From Pseudomonadota bacterium (GTDB lineage: Bacteria; Bdellovibrionota; FAC87; UBA2466), in the NCBI GenBank assembly GCA_043718025.1, contig JAYSWN010000165.1, positions 1 through 51,920 on the forward strand: a DNA stretch of 51,920 bases. Reading direction: 5' to 3'. A program made the position numbers and the translations under genes. This document shows positions 19,467 to 28,706 of this stretch, one piece after another (positions within the stretch are counted from its first letter, which is position 1; each line of letters opens with the position of its first letter). The notes below the pieces were generated by a model. The model was not told the DNA's origin and searched no databases. It was given only the letters and a program-made list of their open reading frames with translations.

Positions 19467-20977
19467 AGGCCTTATTCATTGTTGGCGTGCTTGTCTTGCA
19501 ACTCAATCCTACGAAATCCGCGATGGCGGCGACAAGATGGATTGTAAATCGCCAAGGCAAATTACCGCTTACCGCGGTTTCATTTACCTTTCAGGTGGGT
19601 AGCGCCGATGACCCGGTGGGTAATGAGGGGTTGGCTGGACTTACCGCTTCTCTTTTGCAAGATGGTGGAGTGAAGGCATGGAATGGAATGCCGGCCCTGC
19701 AGCGCGCTGACATTCAAGAGCTACTCTCTCTCTCCGGCGCGAATTTCACCGTTAGCGTTGAGAAGCAGCAGACGTCACTTCGTCTAATGGCGCCGGCCGC
19801 GGAAATCGATAAGGTGGTGCGGCTTGCGGTGCAGATGCTGGTGGCTCCGGCTTTTGACGAGTTGCAAGTCGATCGGCTTCGTAATGAAGCGCGCGAGGCT
19901 TTGTCTAAGCAATGGCCAAGGGAAGATCAAGAAGAGCTCGGTAAGGCGGTGTTAGATTACGCCACTTTCGGGCCGACTCATCCCTATTCCCACGTCGAGG
20001 AAGGGAAGCTAAAGAGCTTGAACAAACTCGACCGCCCTGCCGTTCAGAATTTTTATAAACAAAATTTTACCGCCGATCGCATTACGATTGGAATGGCGGG
20101 TCGGGTGGATGCCAAACTGCGCAGCTGGGTTGAAGTTGCCTTGAAAGGCCTGCCCAAATCAAAACATAAGCCAGTGCTGGTTCCAGAGGCCCCTCTGGTC
20201 ACGGGGTTAGATCTGTGGATCGTCAAAGGGGATTTTGAAGGAACGGGAATTCACTTTGGATCGGCGATACCGGTGACCCGATCGCACGCGGATTTCCCCG
20301 CGCTCTATCTTGCGGCCACGGCCTTTGGAAAACACCGTTCGTTCGTTGGACGTTTAATGCGGGTGGTAAGGGAAGAACGCGGCCTAAACTACGGGGCCTA
20401 CTCGTATGCCGAAGACTTTCCTGACGGGGGCCGCAATCTCATTGCGCCGACCCATAGTGCTCGCTCTATTCAGTCATTTACAATCTGGGGCCGCCCCACT
20501 CCGCAGAACAACGGCTGTTTTTTGGCCCGGCAGTTGTGGCGTGAGGTTTCTGCTTTGGCCGCAAGTGGCTTGAGCGAAAATGAGTTTACCCTGGCGCAGA
20601 GTCACCTGGTGGGCTCGATTCCCAGTCTGGCACTCTCGATTGATCGGCAATTGGGATTTGCCACCGACTCGGTGTTTTATGACGTGAAGGGAGACTTCCT
20701 AAAAAATTTGGTGAAACAGGTTGCCAGCCTGGATCGCAAGAAAGTGAATGAGGTCATTGCCCGATTCATTAAGCCTGAAAATTTTAGGATGGTCGTCACT
20801 ACCGCCGATCCTGAAAAATTCAAAAAAAGCCTATTGGGCGAGAAGTGCGCGATCACTTATGGCGAGGGGATTGTAAAGTCAGCGGCAATTTTGAATGAAG
20901 ACAAATTGATCTCCGAAACCAAACTACCGTTGAAAGCCGAGCGCATCTATACCTTGGACGCGGGTGCTATCTTTTAG
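19463..20977 (+). CDS. M16 family protein, non-catalytic partner subunit
   Basis: GSADDP..EGLA without HxxEH; HPY; RL..VVREERGLNYGAYS substrate-binding motif; ATGA overlap. Confidence 0.88.
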   Translation: MKALFIVGVLVLQLNPTKSAMAATRWIVNRQGKLPLTAVSFTFQVGSADDPVGNEGLAGLTASLLQDGGVKAWNGMPALQRADIQELLSLSGANFTVSVEKQQTSLRLMAPAAEIDKVVRLAVQMLVAPAFDELQVDRLRNEAREALSKQWPREDQEELGKAVLDYATFGPTHPYSHVEEGKLKSLNKLDRPAVQNFYKQNFTADRITIGMAGRVDAKLRSWVEVALKGLPKSKHKPVLVPEAPLVTGLDLWIVKGDFEGTGIHFGSAIPVTRSHADFPALYLAATAFGKHRSFVGRLMRVVREERGLNYGAYSYAEDFPDGGRNLIAPTHSARSIQSFTIWGRPTPQNNGCFLARQLWREVSALAASGLSENEFTLAQSHLVGSIPSLALSIDRQLGFATDSVFYDVKGDFLKNLVKQVASLDRKKVNEVIARFIKPENFRMVVTTADPEKFKKSLLGEKCAITYGEGIVKSAAILNEDKLISETKLPLKAERIYTLDAGAIF

Positions 20978-21458
20978 CTTCGCCGAGCCGAACCACGGCC
21001 TTAAACTCGTTGGCCGTAACGGGCTGCACGCTCAAGCGTGACCCCTTTTTGAGCACCATCATCTCTTTGAGCACCGGATCGGCGCTGAGTCGTTCACGCG
21101 TGACCACCGATTTAAAGGCGGCGATGGCGCGCACATCCACCATCACCCAAGGGTTTTGCCCTCTTTGCTTAGCTTTTTCGTCGAAGTATTCACTCTCCGG
21201 ATCCCAGGCCGCCGAGTCGGGGTACCCCTCAGTCACTACCTCAGCGGTGCCGACTACGCCCGGCTCGTCGGTGTTGCTGTGATAGAAGAGAACTAGATCC
21301 CCCTTTTTGAAATCATCGCGCATGAAATTTCGGGCCTGATAATTACGAACCCCTTCCCAAAAAGTGGTCTGCTTGGCCGCCTGCAAAAGGTCAGAAAAAG
21401 AAAAAACATCGGGCTCGGACTTCATTAACCAATAGTTTTTTGTGCTCTTTTTACTCAT
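20967..21458 (-). CDS. EVE domain protein
   Basis: YWLMKSEP, WEGVRNYQARNFMRD, GDLVLFYHSN, RLSVQPV. Confidence 0.95.
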   Translation of the reverse strand: MSKKSTKNYWLMKSEPDVFSFSDLLQAAKQTTFWEGVRNYQARNFMRDDFKKGDLVLFYHSNTDEPGVVGTAEVVTEGYPDSAAWDPESEYFDEKAKQRGQNPWVMVDVRAIAAFKSVVTRERLSADPVLKEMMVLKKGSRLSVQPVTANEFKAVVRLGEAKR

Positions 21459-21597
21459 GGTTTCAGGCGTTTACTCGCGACCTTGAGTCTTGTCCATTTT
21501 TTAATACAAAAGGACGAGCCATTCGGCTAATTAACCTCCGACTTCTCAACACCAACAAGCCAGTACCGGGGCTTTACCGCCCCTTTTGGAGGATTAA

Positions 21598-22488
21598 ATG
21601 GCTAATGTTTCTAAGTTTCTTTTAGGCGTACTTACCTTAGTAACCACTGCGCACGGGGCAGAAGTGGCTACCCAGGCCAAAACCCCAAGCGGCACCAGCC
21701 CCAACGCATCGGTTACCGGCACGGTTACCGCGCCGACGGCAGGTTCCATTATCGGGGTGGTGGATTTTCGTCCCAGCTACAAGAGCACGGCTGGTTCTTT
21801 TGCCAATGAACTTTGGGCGCAAGCGGGATACCGGTTTGCAGACGGAAACTCGGTTTACTATCGTCAAGAATTCAGCACCAACGTTTACAATCCTTCCGCT
21901 TCTTCAGGGCTAAACGCCTTGACCTTGAGTGGTTCCTTCCGCGCGAAGGTAAACAATATTTGGCAAAATAAAGAGAGTGGCCTATCGCTTAACTGGGAAC
22001 CGCGCTTGTACGTACCGACCGACGGATTGAAACGCGATGCCGGCATGATTACCGCCGTTCGCAACTACGTAAAGATTCGCAAGCAGCTTTCGAGCACGGC
22101 GTATCTTCAGTTGTCTGACTCGCCAATTCTTCACGTTTACTCAAGCAAAGGCGCCACGGTGTTGGGTAAGATTCAGGCCAATCCCTTCGTGGAAAATCGA
22201 GTTCTGCTCGAAGCTGAAGTGGAACTTTTTATCAAAGGGCTTACACTCTATATGCCCATCGAGTTGCAATCGGTTCATTTCCACAGTTTCGGCGGAGCCG
22301 CCAATAACGCTAGCTGGGGTCACAATCTTTCGTTCTGGCCTGAGTTAACCTATCCCGTGGCGAAGACCATTCGCATGGGATTGGCGTTTCGCACCGACAA
22401 CATGATAAAGCCGGACTTTTCTGCCACCACTATCTCTGACGCGTTCCGGCTTGGTGTGACGCAAGTGATTCTTAGCGCAGCCTTGTAA
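21598..22488 (+). CDS. Probable outer-membrane beta-barrel protein
   Basis: Signal peptide (AHG), S/T-rich linker, alternating beta-strand pattern; GGAGG SD; strong terminator downstream. Confidence 0.65.
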   Translation: MANVSKFLLGVLTLVTTAHGAEVATQAKTPSGTSPNASVTGTVTAPTAGSIIGVVDFRPSYKSTAGSFANELWAQAGYRFADGNSVYYRQEFSTNVYNPSASSGLNALTLSGSFRAKVNNIWQNKESGLSLNWEPRLYVPTDGLKRDAGMITAVRNYVKIRKQLSSTAYLQLSDSPILHVYSSKGATVLGKIQANPFVENRVLLEAEVELFIKGLTLYMPIELQSVHFHSFGGAANNASWGHNLSFWPELTYPVAKTIRMGLAFRTDNMIKPDFSATTISDAFRLGVTQVILSAAL

Positions 22489-22506
22489 TTGCGCTTGAGA
22501 CTTTTT

Positions 22507-22545
22507 AAAGCCCTCGTACCGGTTCGGTGCGGGGGCTTTTTTTTT
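22507..22545 (+). terminator. Rho-independent terminator
   Basis: AAAGCCCTCGTACCG-gtt-CGGTGCGGGGGCTTT hairpin followed by a T run. Confidence 0.85.
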
Positions 22546-22587
22546 GGCGCTGCTACTTTGGCGGGAATGGCGCTATAATTTCTAGGT

Positions 22588-22803
22588 ATGAAGCTAATCT
22601 TTTCGCTCGCAGTATTTTTTCTGGTGGTTTCGGTTTGGGGCTGCGCCAGTCGACCTTCCGATTCTCAGGTTGGCAATGCGGCGGATTCCACGCCAAGGCC
22701 GAATCTTCCCGGCTGCGGAAACATTGCCTATTTGACTTCGAACCCCAATCGTCGAGTGGCCGGTTGCAGTCAGTTAAACCAAACCTTGGTTCCCGCGAAG
22801 TAA
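22588..22803 (+). CDS. Small lipoprotein
   Basis: Lipobox VWGC; TATAAT 8 nt upstream of ATG. Confidence 0.65.
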   Translation: MKLIFSLAVFFLVVSVWGCASRPSDSQVGNAADSTPRPNLPGCGNIAYLTSNPNRRVAGCSQLNQTLVPAK

Positions 22804-22814
22804 AACTCTGAGGA

Positions 22815-23693
22815 TCACCACGAATAGAATAGCGTGGGGCCAGTTGCGAAGTTGGTCTGGCTGGGGCTAGTGCGCGACAGGCTAAACTCTAAACCCAATT
22901 GCCAATTGGCATTGATCTCCCACTCCAGCTTTCCATTCAACGAGAAAACCCGGCTGCTCTGATAAGCAGACAACGCCGACGAGATTCCCACCGTGGCGGA
23001 AAGTGAGTTCGTTGGAAAAAAATCACTCTTTAAGAAAAACTGATTTAAAGCAAAGCCCGATAAAATGCCAACGCCAGTGGCTTGGGTGGTGGTGGCTAGA
23101 ACTGAAGAGAGTGAAGTGTGGTCAACGGTGTAAAAATAGGCTGCCGCCCCCGCACTCAGGAGAAGGCCGGGGCTTAGCCAGGCACCGATTTCCACGCGAA
23201 GCGGAACTTGGAAAGGGCGCAATTTTTCGCCGTTAACGACAATATCGGGCAGTTCAAAGTGGACCACTCCACTTTGTAGCTTAAAGCGAAAATCACCGAT
23301 TGGAACTGCGGTGGAGATGAGACCGCCGTAATAGGTTTCGGTTCCCGGCCCAAACCCATAAACTGCAGAGAAGCCCGCGGTTAAAGTGTTGAAGGCCCAG
23401 GTTTGGCCATTTAACCAAAATTCATTGGTGGCATTACCGCTGAGTTCCGATCGCGCGGCCATCACGCTTAACGAAGATCGAGGAGCCACTTCAGTTCCTG
23501 CCTCGCTCTCCAGTGCCCAAAGACCACCGTTACCCACCAGGCCGGAAGTTCTAAAGAAAGACTTCGGCGGGAAAACCATAGAAAATTGGTCGCTAAGAAT
23601 AAGATCTTCTGGCGCAACCACATCCGGCGTGGCGGCGCCAAGCGTTGCCGTGAAGAGGCAGAGAAGAGCCGTGTATTTCCATGGCCAACCCAA
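22815..23693 (-). CDS. Outer-membrane beta-barrel protein (last gene of ECF operon)
   Basis: Signal peptide, beta-strand pattern, C-terminal LFYSW aromatic signature. Confidence 0.7.
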   Translation of the reverse strand: MGWPWKYTALLCLFTATLGAATPDVVAPEDLILSDQFSMVFPPKSFFRTSGLVGNGGLWALESEAGTEVAPRSSLSVMAARSELSGNATNEFWLNGQTWAFNTLTAGFSAVYGFGPGTETYYGGLISTAVPIGDFRFKLQSGVVHFELPDIVVNGEKLRPFQVPLRVEIGAWLSPGLLLSAGAAAYFYTVDHTSLSSVLATTTQATGVGILSGFALNQFFLKSDFFPTNSLSATVGISSALSAYQSSRVFSLNGKLEWEINANWQLGLEFSLSRTSPSQTNFATGPTLFYSW

Positions 23694-23694
23694 G

Positions 23695-24255
23695 TTAATT
23701 TGCCCCCGGGGGACGTGGCGGTGACGATTCTGGCCGTGGTCGGCGCACGCCTTCTCCCTGGCGGAACGGGCGCGGGCCTGATTCTCTCAAACGATCGGGT
23801 CGTGGGCCACGTCGTCTATCGTCGCCCCGCTCGCCTTTGGTTCCCGGACCTTCGCCGGGCGGGCGCATGCGGGGGCCTTCGCCACCATCACGCTTGCCGC
23901 GAAATTCTTGAAGCCGCTGAACGCGTTGGTGCCGCTCTTCGGGCGCAAGTTTCATAAACTGGGTGAAACGGTCGCGGATGCGCTGCTGGCGATCGGGGGG
24001 TAGATTTCGAAAGGTTTGAAACCGCTGGACGACGCGCTGTCGGTCTTCGGTAGGAATGTCGCGAAAGCGTTTAAAATTTTCGCGCAGGGCCGATTGCTTT
24101 TGCGGATCCAGCGATTTCCAGCGATCGTAATTTTCGCGCAACTTTTGTTTCTGGCCGTCGCTTAAGTTGTTCCAACGATTTTGTACCTCTTGGTCAACGC
24201 CAAAGGCGGCCATACTATAAATAAATAAGGGGGCTAGCCAGAGTAAAAAATTCAT
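23695..24255 (-). CDS. DUF3106-like periplasmic helical-repeat protein
   Basis: Signal peptide; repeated W/F..L.P...Q..LRE.F.RF units. Confidence 0.8.
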   Translation of the reverse strand: MNFLLWLAPLFIYSMAAFGVDQEVQNRWNNLSDGQKQKLRENYDRWKSLDPQKQSALRENFKRFRDIPTEDRQRVVQRFQTFRNLPPDRQQRIRDRFTQFMKLAPEERHQRVQRLQEFRGKRDGGEGPRMRPPGEGPGTKGERGDDRRRGPRPDRLRESGPRPFRQGEGVRRPRPESSPPRPPGAN

Positions 24256-24464
24256 TGCTGGGCCTCGCTCTTTTCTTTGGCATCGATCTGGTCCAGCACC
24301 GCTCCAAACTCAGTTAGTATTGGCATGGATTCCAAAACTTCCAGGGTCTGAAAAAACTCCAGATCTTTTTGAATCTCTTGGTCGCGCGGATCGGTCTCCA
24401 CTGCCCACACTAGCGTGCAGAACAGCACCAGGATTGCCGTTTTAACGGTCAATGGCGCCATCAT
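24252..24464 (-). CDS. Small exported protein of ECF operon
   Basis: Signal-like N-terminus, DLEFF..LE motif, ATGA overlaps on both sides. Confidence 0.6.
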   Translation of the reverse strand: MMAPLTVKTAILVLFCTLVWAVETDPRDQEIQKDLEFFQTLEVLESMPILTEFGAVLDQIDAKEKSEAQQ

Positions 24465-24853
24465 CCGCTTTCCTCAGTAAGCAGAATTTTCCACTCTTCT
24501 TCGGTCAGTTCGCTGAAATCAACTTGCGCCATTGCTTCCTTGGGGCCAACGAACAGATCCAGGTTTTCAATGAGCTCGGTCTGTTCGATCAGCCTTTCGT
24601 AGGGCACATCCGCAAATTGGTCTTCGATAACATTGCGCCGGTAAAGTGGGTTGTCTTTAAAGAGGAAAATAGCGAGTAACGCGAGAGCCGGCGCAAAAAT
24701 CCAACGCAATAGGCGGGCGCGGGTTGGTTTCCACCTGATCTCGGTAGAGGCGAATTCTCCCTCGAAAGACTTCCAAAAAGTTTTTTGAAATTTAGCCGAA
24801 GGCTGGCGCGTTAGTTTCTGCCGCAAAGCCGAGAAAAAGTTTGGCTTATCCAT
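24461..24853 (-). CDS. Putative single-pass anti-sigma factor
   Basis: Directly downstream of ECF sigma; basic cytoplasmic N-terminus, one TM, acidic periplasmic tail (LIENLDLF). Confidence 0.65.
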   Translation of the reverse strand: MDKPNFFSALRQKLTRQPSAKFQKTFWKSFEGEFASTEIRWKPTRARLLRWIFAPALALLAIFLFKDNPLYRRNVIEDQFADVPYERLIEQTELIENLDLFVGPKEAMAQVDFSELTEEEWKILLTEESG

Positions 24854-25421
24854 AACTCTTCCTTTTCAAACAATCGACCAAGGCCAAGCGGCCGCGATGA
24901 ATAACCGACTTTACCGCCGGTAGGCTACTCTTCATCGCCAAAGAAATTTCTTCGTACGCCAGTTCGCTAAAAATTCGCAACGCTAAGGCTTCGCGCTGCG
25001 ATTCGGGCAGGGTGCCTAAACAATCTTGCAAGGCCATTTGATCAGATTTTTGAACCAGCAGTGTTTCGGCATCGTTGGGTTCGAAGCCGCGCGAGTCACC
25101 CATGGTGGACTCTTCGACGTTGTCTAATTCTTCGCCCAATAGTTTCTCTTTTTTCTTGCGCAAATAATCGATTGCCGCGTGGCGAGCAATGGTCCAGAGC
25201 CAAGTGGTGAAGCGAGCCTCACGCGTGTAGTGCATACGATTGCGGAAGACGCGCAGAAAAGTCTCCTGAGTTAGGTCTTCGGCCGTTTGCCGATCGTGAG
25301 TGAGGGAATATAAGTAGCTATAAATTGGCACCTGATACCTCTCGAACAGCTGCCGAAATGCCGCCGTTTCTCCGTCGGTCACTCGGGCCATGAGCTGATG
25401 GTCCTTCTCTTCAGGTGACAC
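24846..25421 (-). CDS. ECF RNA polymerase sigma-70 factor
   Basis: AF..LFERYQ, AEDLTQETFLRVF, FTTWLWTIARH (region 2); LPESQREAL...YEEI...VKS.IHRGR (region 4); start uncertain (GTG 25421 or ATG 25391). Confidence 0.93.
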   Translation of the reverse strand: MSPEEKDHQLMARVTDGETAAFRQLFERYQVPIYSYLYSLTHDRQTAEDLTQETFLRVFRNRMHYTREARFTTWLWTIARHAAIDYLRKKKEKLLGEELDNVEESTMGDSRGFEPNDAETLLVQKSDQMALQDCLGTLPESQREALALRIFSELAYEEISLAMKSSLPAVKSVIHRGRLALVDCLKRKSYG

Positions 25422-25443
25422 GTCGGAGTCATCGAAAAGTTTC
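25417..25443 (-). promoter_or_regulatory. Putative autoregulated ECF promoter GAAACTTTT-N12-CGTGTC
   Basis: AAC-type -35 and CGT-type -10 at the 5' end of the ECF gene; identical motif and spacing at 26391-26417. Confidence 0.7.
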
Positions 25444-25623
25444 GGTTTTTTATTCGATGAAAAAAGGATGGGTAACCTCGTGAATTGTCGTAAGAATAAT
25501 CCACAACCCCCAGGCTCGTCCATGGTGATGTGAAAAGTGTCTGGTCAGAGACTTAGGGAATGCGCCGGTTCAAAGCGGTGGCGGCGGGTTTGCATTTCAT
25601 AACGCACCAAGAGGTTCGTAAGC

Positions 25624-26352
25624 GTGTATTCCAGTGGTTTCATTGCGGTAGCGGTGTCTTTGCTATGGTCTTTGCATTCCGGCGTTGCTCAAGCGACTTC
25701 AGGACAGGCCGGCATTGGTCTAGACACGCCGGCGGGTGCTAAGGCTGCGAGTCTAGTATTTTTTTGGAATGGCGACGAGATCTCCACCCTTTATCCCAAC
25801 GCCAATATTGCCGATGTGGCGGCACGCTACCAGTTGCGCGGTTTACGCGTGGTGCAGGCTTTTGGCCTGCCGCCGCAGTTTTTTCGTCAATTCGTGGCGA
25901 TGGATCGAAAGGCGCACCCCGCAGATTACCGGGGGAAGCGGGTCACTCTGGTGATTCATGGTCACGGCATTCGCTCTGTTCCTAAGACAATTGAGATTAA
26001 AAAGGAGCTGGCCACGATTCAGGCTGGAGCAATGCCCGTCGAACCAATGGCATTGCTCCAGCCCGCCGCGACTCCGTCACCTATAGAACGGGTGAAGGAT
26101 GAAGAGATTATTCTTTCGTTTATCGAAGGGATTGGCGAACAGGCCAAAGCTGAAACGATTAGCAGTGCCTGTTTTTTTGGGCATGAGTGTTTTGCGGTTA
26201 GCCTAGCTGACACTACGCTGGCGGCCCGGGTGAGCCTGCTCATGATTCCACGCCGCACGAGTCGCAATTCGTTATCGGAGTTGATTCCGGCTCCGACCGG
26301 GGAATCAGTACTTACGCGGCTTTCCACTATTCTCCTCCCCCATTCAAAATAA
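25624..26352 (+). CDS. Hypothetical exported protein
   Basis: Signal peptide ending AQA; longest ORF in the interval; no recognised domain. Confidence 0.55.
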   Translation: MYSSGFIAVAVSLLWSLHSGVAQATSGQAGIGLDTPAGAKAASLVFFWNGDEISTLYPNANIADVAARYQLRGLRVVQAFGLPPQFFRQFVAMDRKAHPADYRGKRVTLVIHGHGIRSVPKTIEIKKELATIQAGAMPVEPMALLQPAATPSPIERVKDEEIILSFIEGIGEQAKAETISSACFFGHECFAVSLADTTLAARVSLLMIPRRTSRNSLSELIPAPTGESVLTRLSTILLPHSK

Positions 26353-26390
26353 CTCGTCCAACCAGCTGAAATTTATAGGTTAAAGCCAGA

Positions 26391-26417
26391 GAAACTTTTT
26401 GCTCGTTGGCGCGTGTC
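26391..26417 (+). promoter_or_regulatory. Putative ECF-dependent promoter GAAACTTTT-N12-CGTGTC
   Basis: Exact match in both boxes and spacing to the motif at the ECF sigma gene; lies 41 nt upstream of the lipoprotein ATG. Confidence 0.7.
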
Positions 26418-26458
26418 TCTCTTCAAGAAGGGCAATTCGCCCCGAAAGAGGAGTTTTT

Positions 26459-27604
26459 ATGAAGTTGTTTAAAATCAGTGTCCAGATTGGCTTAGGCGTT
26501 TTGGTGGCGGGGGCCGTGCTCACGGGTTGCGGAAACCTATCTGAGCTTGAGTCATTGCAGTCTTCTTCGGAAGTGGCTTCGGGAAACATGGCGGCGGTGG
26601 CGATTGCTACCGAGAATAATGGAAGCTTTGCCACCAGCCTATTTAGTGTAAGCGGTTCACTCTTTGCGGCTCCCCCGTCCGGGGGCGGTCAATCTTCTGA
26701 TTCTGCCGCCTGTCGGGAACTTAGGGAAGCGGCTGACTGCTCCGCCCACGATGGAGTCATTCAGATGGCTTTGGATCTATGCAAGAGAGGTCGCGCGCAG
26801 TGGAAAGGAATTGAGCAGCTAGCTTTCTCCGCCCAAGCTGTTTGTGAAGCGCGTTTGCATTCCCGTGGCGTGCCGGTGAGCGGCAGCGTAGTGCGCACTT
26901 TTATCGGTGTGATTGGCGACACGGCCAATCCCGCAACCTTCCGCCAAGAAGGGCCACGCAAATGGAGTTACGATTCCACCACGGCCTACGGCTATGCCGA
27001 AGCGGTATCCGGCGGAACCCAAGTGCAATTTGGTTTGGATGAGAGCGGTCTGTTGCCGTTGCGTACGGTTACCATTCGCGGCCTGCGCGTGGTGGCGGAA
27101 GGCGCTCCACCCCGCGGCCAAAAACCATTCCCCGGTGGCGTGGGTGAAGGCAAACAACGTGGCGAAGGCGTCGAGCAAAATCCTCCTCGCGAAAGTAACA
27201 CGCCATCGTCGGGCCAGCGCCCTCCGGAGCGTCAAGAAAACGAATCAGGTGAAGGCAAACCAGCAATGGAGGTGAAATGGGATCACAGCATCTCTAACGA
27301 TGCCGCCCATCCTGTAAAAATTGTTGGGTCGGGCAAAGACAAAAAGATTTTGGCCGGCGGAGTGACCAAGGTTCAGCACAACCTCAATCAGTTCACCTCT
27401 ACCACCGTAATTGAAGAGGCGTTGGTCTTTGCCGAGGGATGCTGCCACCCGGTGAGCGGAAAAGTCTCGACCACTTTCACCGCCGATAAGGCAGGGGTTC
27501 AACGGGCTCCCGAAAGCCTTAGATTTACTAGCCAGTGCGGTGTCGCCGAACTGACCGCTTCCGACGCCAGCACGGCCTCGTTGCAGCTAAAGGGTTGTTT
27601 CTAG
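26459..27604 (+). CDS. Cys-containing lipoprotein of unknown function
   Basis: GAGGAG SD, lipobox LTGC, CCHPVSG motif, internal G/P/E/Q-rich low-complexity insert. Confidence 0.75.
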   Translation: MKLFKISVQIGLGVLVAGAVLTGCGNLSELESLQSSSEVASGNMAAVAIATENNGSFATSLFSVSGSLFAAPPSGGGQSSDSAACRELREAADCSAHDGVIQMALDLCKRGRAQWKGIEQLAFSAQAVCEARLHSRGVPVSGSVVRTFIGVIGDTANPATFRQEGPRKWSYDSTTAYGYAEAVSGGTQVQFGLDESGLLPLRTVTIRGLRVVAEGAPPRGQKPFPGGVGEGKQRGEGVEQNPPRESNTPSSGQRPPERQENESGEGKPAMEVKWDHSISNDAAHPVKIVGSGKDKKILAGGVTKVQHNLNQFTSTTVIEEALVFAEGCCHPVSGKVSTTFTADKAGVQRAPESLRFTSQCGVAELTASDASTASLQLKGCF

Positions 27605-27632
27605 CCCTGCGTTTTTTAACCCCATGCCCTTG

Positions 27633-27665
27633 GGCGGACCCTGCGAAAGGGTCCGCCTTTTCTTT
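27633..27665 (+). terminator. Rho-independent terminator
   Basis: GGCGGACCCT-gcgaa-AGGGTCCGCC followed by TTTTCTTT. Confidence 0.85.
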
Positions 27666-27714
27666 GTGATCTATTCCCTTTTTTGCTGACGCCAAACCCG
27701 GTATACCTCGTCGC

Positions 27715-28647
27715 ATGTCGTTCATTAAAAATCACCTGTTCGTCGTTGCCCTCTTTTTTTATGGCCCGTTAGTTTGGGGGGATGCGCCGGCCAAAGGCAA
27801 AACTCTTTTGCCCCAGGCGCAGGTTTTTAGCTGCGACTTTGATGACAATATTTTTTTCACGGACGCTAAGATTTACCTTTGGGATGCGGCGAATCAGCGG
27901 GAAATACCGGTCACGACGCAGAACTGGGCCTTGGTAAAAAATAAAGTGGGTAAGGCCGGTGAATGGAAAAACATGACCATTCGTCAAGAGTCACTTCGCG
28001 ATTTCCGTGATGACTCAGAGTTGGGCACCGACATCGTAAAAGTCCAGGTAGAAAGGGCATTAGAGAAAAAGGGGGCCAGGGCCTTTGCCCCTTCCTTCAA
28101 CGCGATGAGAGATGCCTTGTCTCATCCCTCCACCCGAAAACGCTTTTTTGTAATCACCGCCCGCGAAAACTCTCCCGCGGCGATATTGAAAGGTTTTGAG
28201 GTGCTTAAAGAGCGGGGCTACCTCAGCGCCTTACCGCTGGTCGAAAACATTTTCCCCGTGTTGTGGAAAGAGTTTCCCCCGGCCTTACGTGGAGACAGCG
28301 TTAGCGAAAGCAAAGCCAACGTCATGTTACGTATATTGGACGAGCTCGAAAAAGAGCCGATGCCGTCCGATGCGTTGGAGGTAGATGGTCGCGATGGCAC
28401 CGTAAAAGAAAAGCTCCACCTCTGGGGGTTTTCGGATGATGACTTTGATAATTTTAGCAAAGCCCGAGAGGTTTTGGCCGCTCAGGTGGCCAAAGGGCGC
28501 TGGCCGCACGTAAAAGTATCGCTGTTCTTTACCGGCTTGAATAATCCGTTGGAGAGTTCACGCGCCGAAGTGATCATGAACAACGGTCTGACCCGACCGG
28601 CCACAAAGAATGAAGGCACGCGCATGGGAAGCAAACCCAAGCCGTAA
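27715..28647 (+). CDS. Exported HAD-superfamily-like protein
   Basis: Signal peptide; DFDDN (motif I), ITAR (II), K (III), GFSDDD..N (IV). Confidence 0.65.
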   Translation: MSFIKNHLFVVALFFYGPLVWGDAPAKGKTLLPQAQVFSCDFDDNIFFTDAKIYLWDAANQREIPVTTQNWALVKNKVGKAGEWKNMTIRQESLRDFRDDSELGTDIVKVQVERALEKKGARAFAPSFNAMRDALSHPSTRKRFFVITARENSPAAILKGFEVLKERGYLSALPLVENIFPVLWKEFPPALRGDSVSESKANVMLRILDELEKEPMPSDALEVDGRDGTVKEKLHLWGFSDDDFDNFSKAREVLAAQVAKGRWPHVKVSLFFTGLNNPLESSRAEVIMNNGLTRPATKNEGTRMGSKPKP

Positions 28648-28706
28648 GCATCGCTGCACGGCGCAACGAGTCAGTGGTATCTGTGTCCGTCGCCGCGTAA
28701 TTTGTT

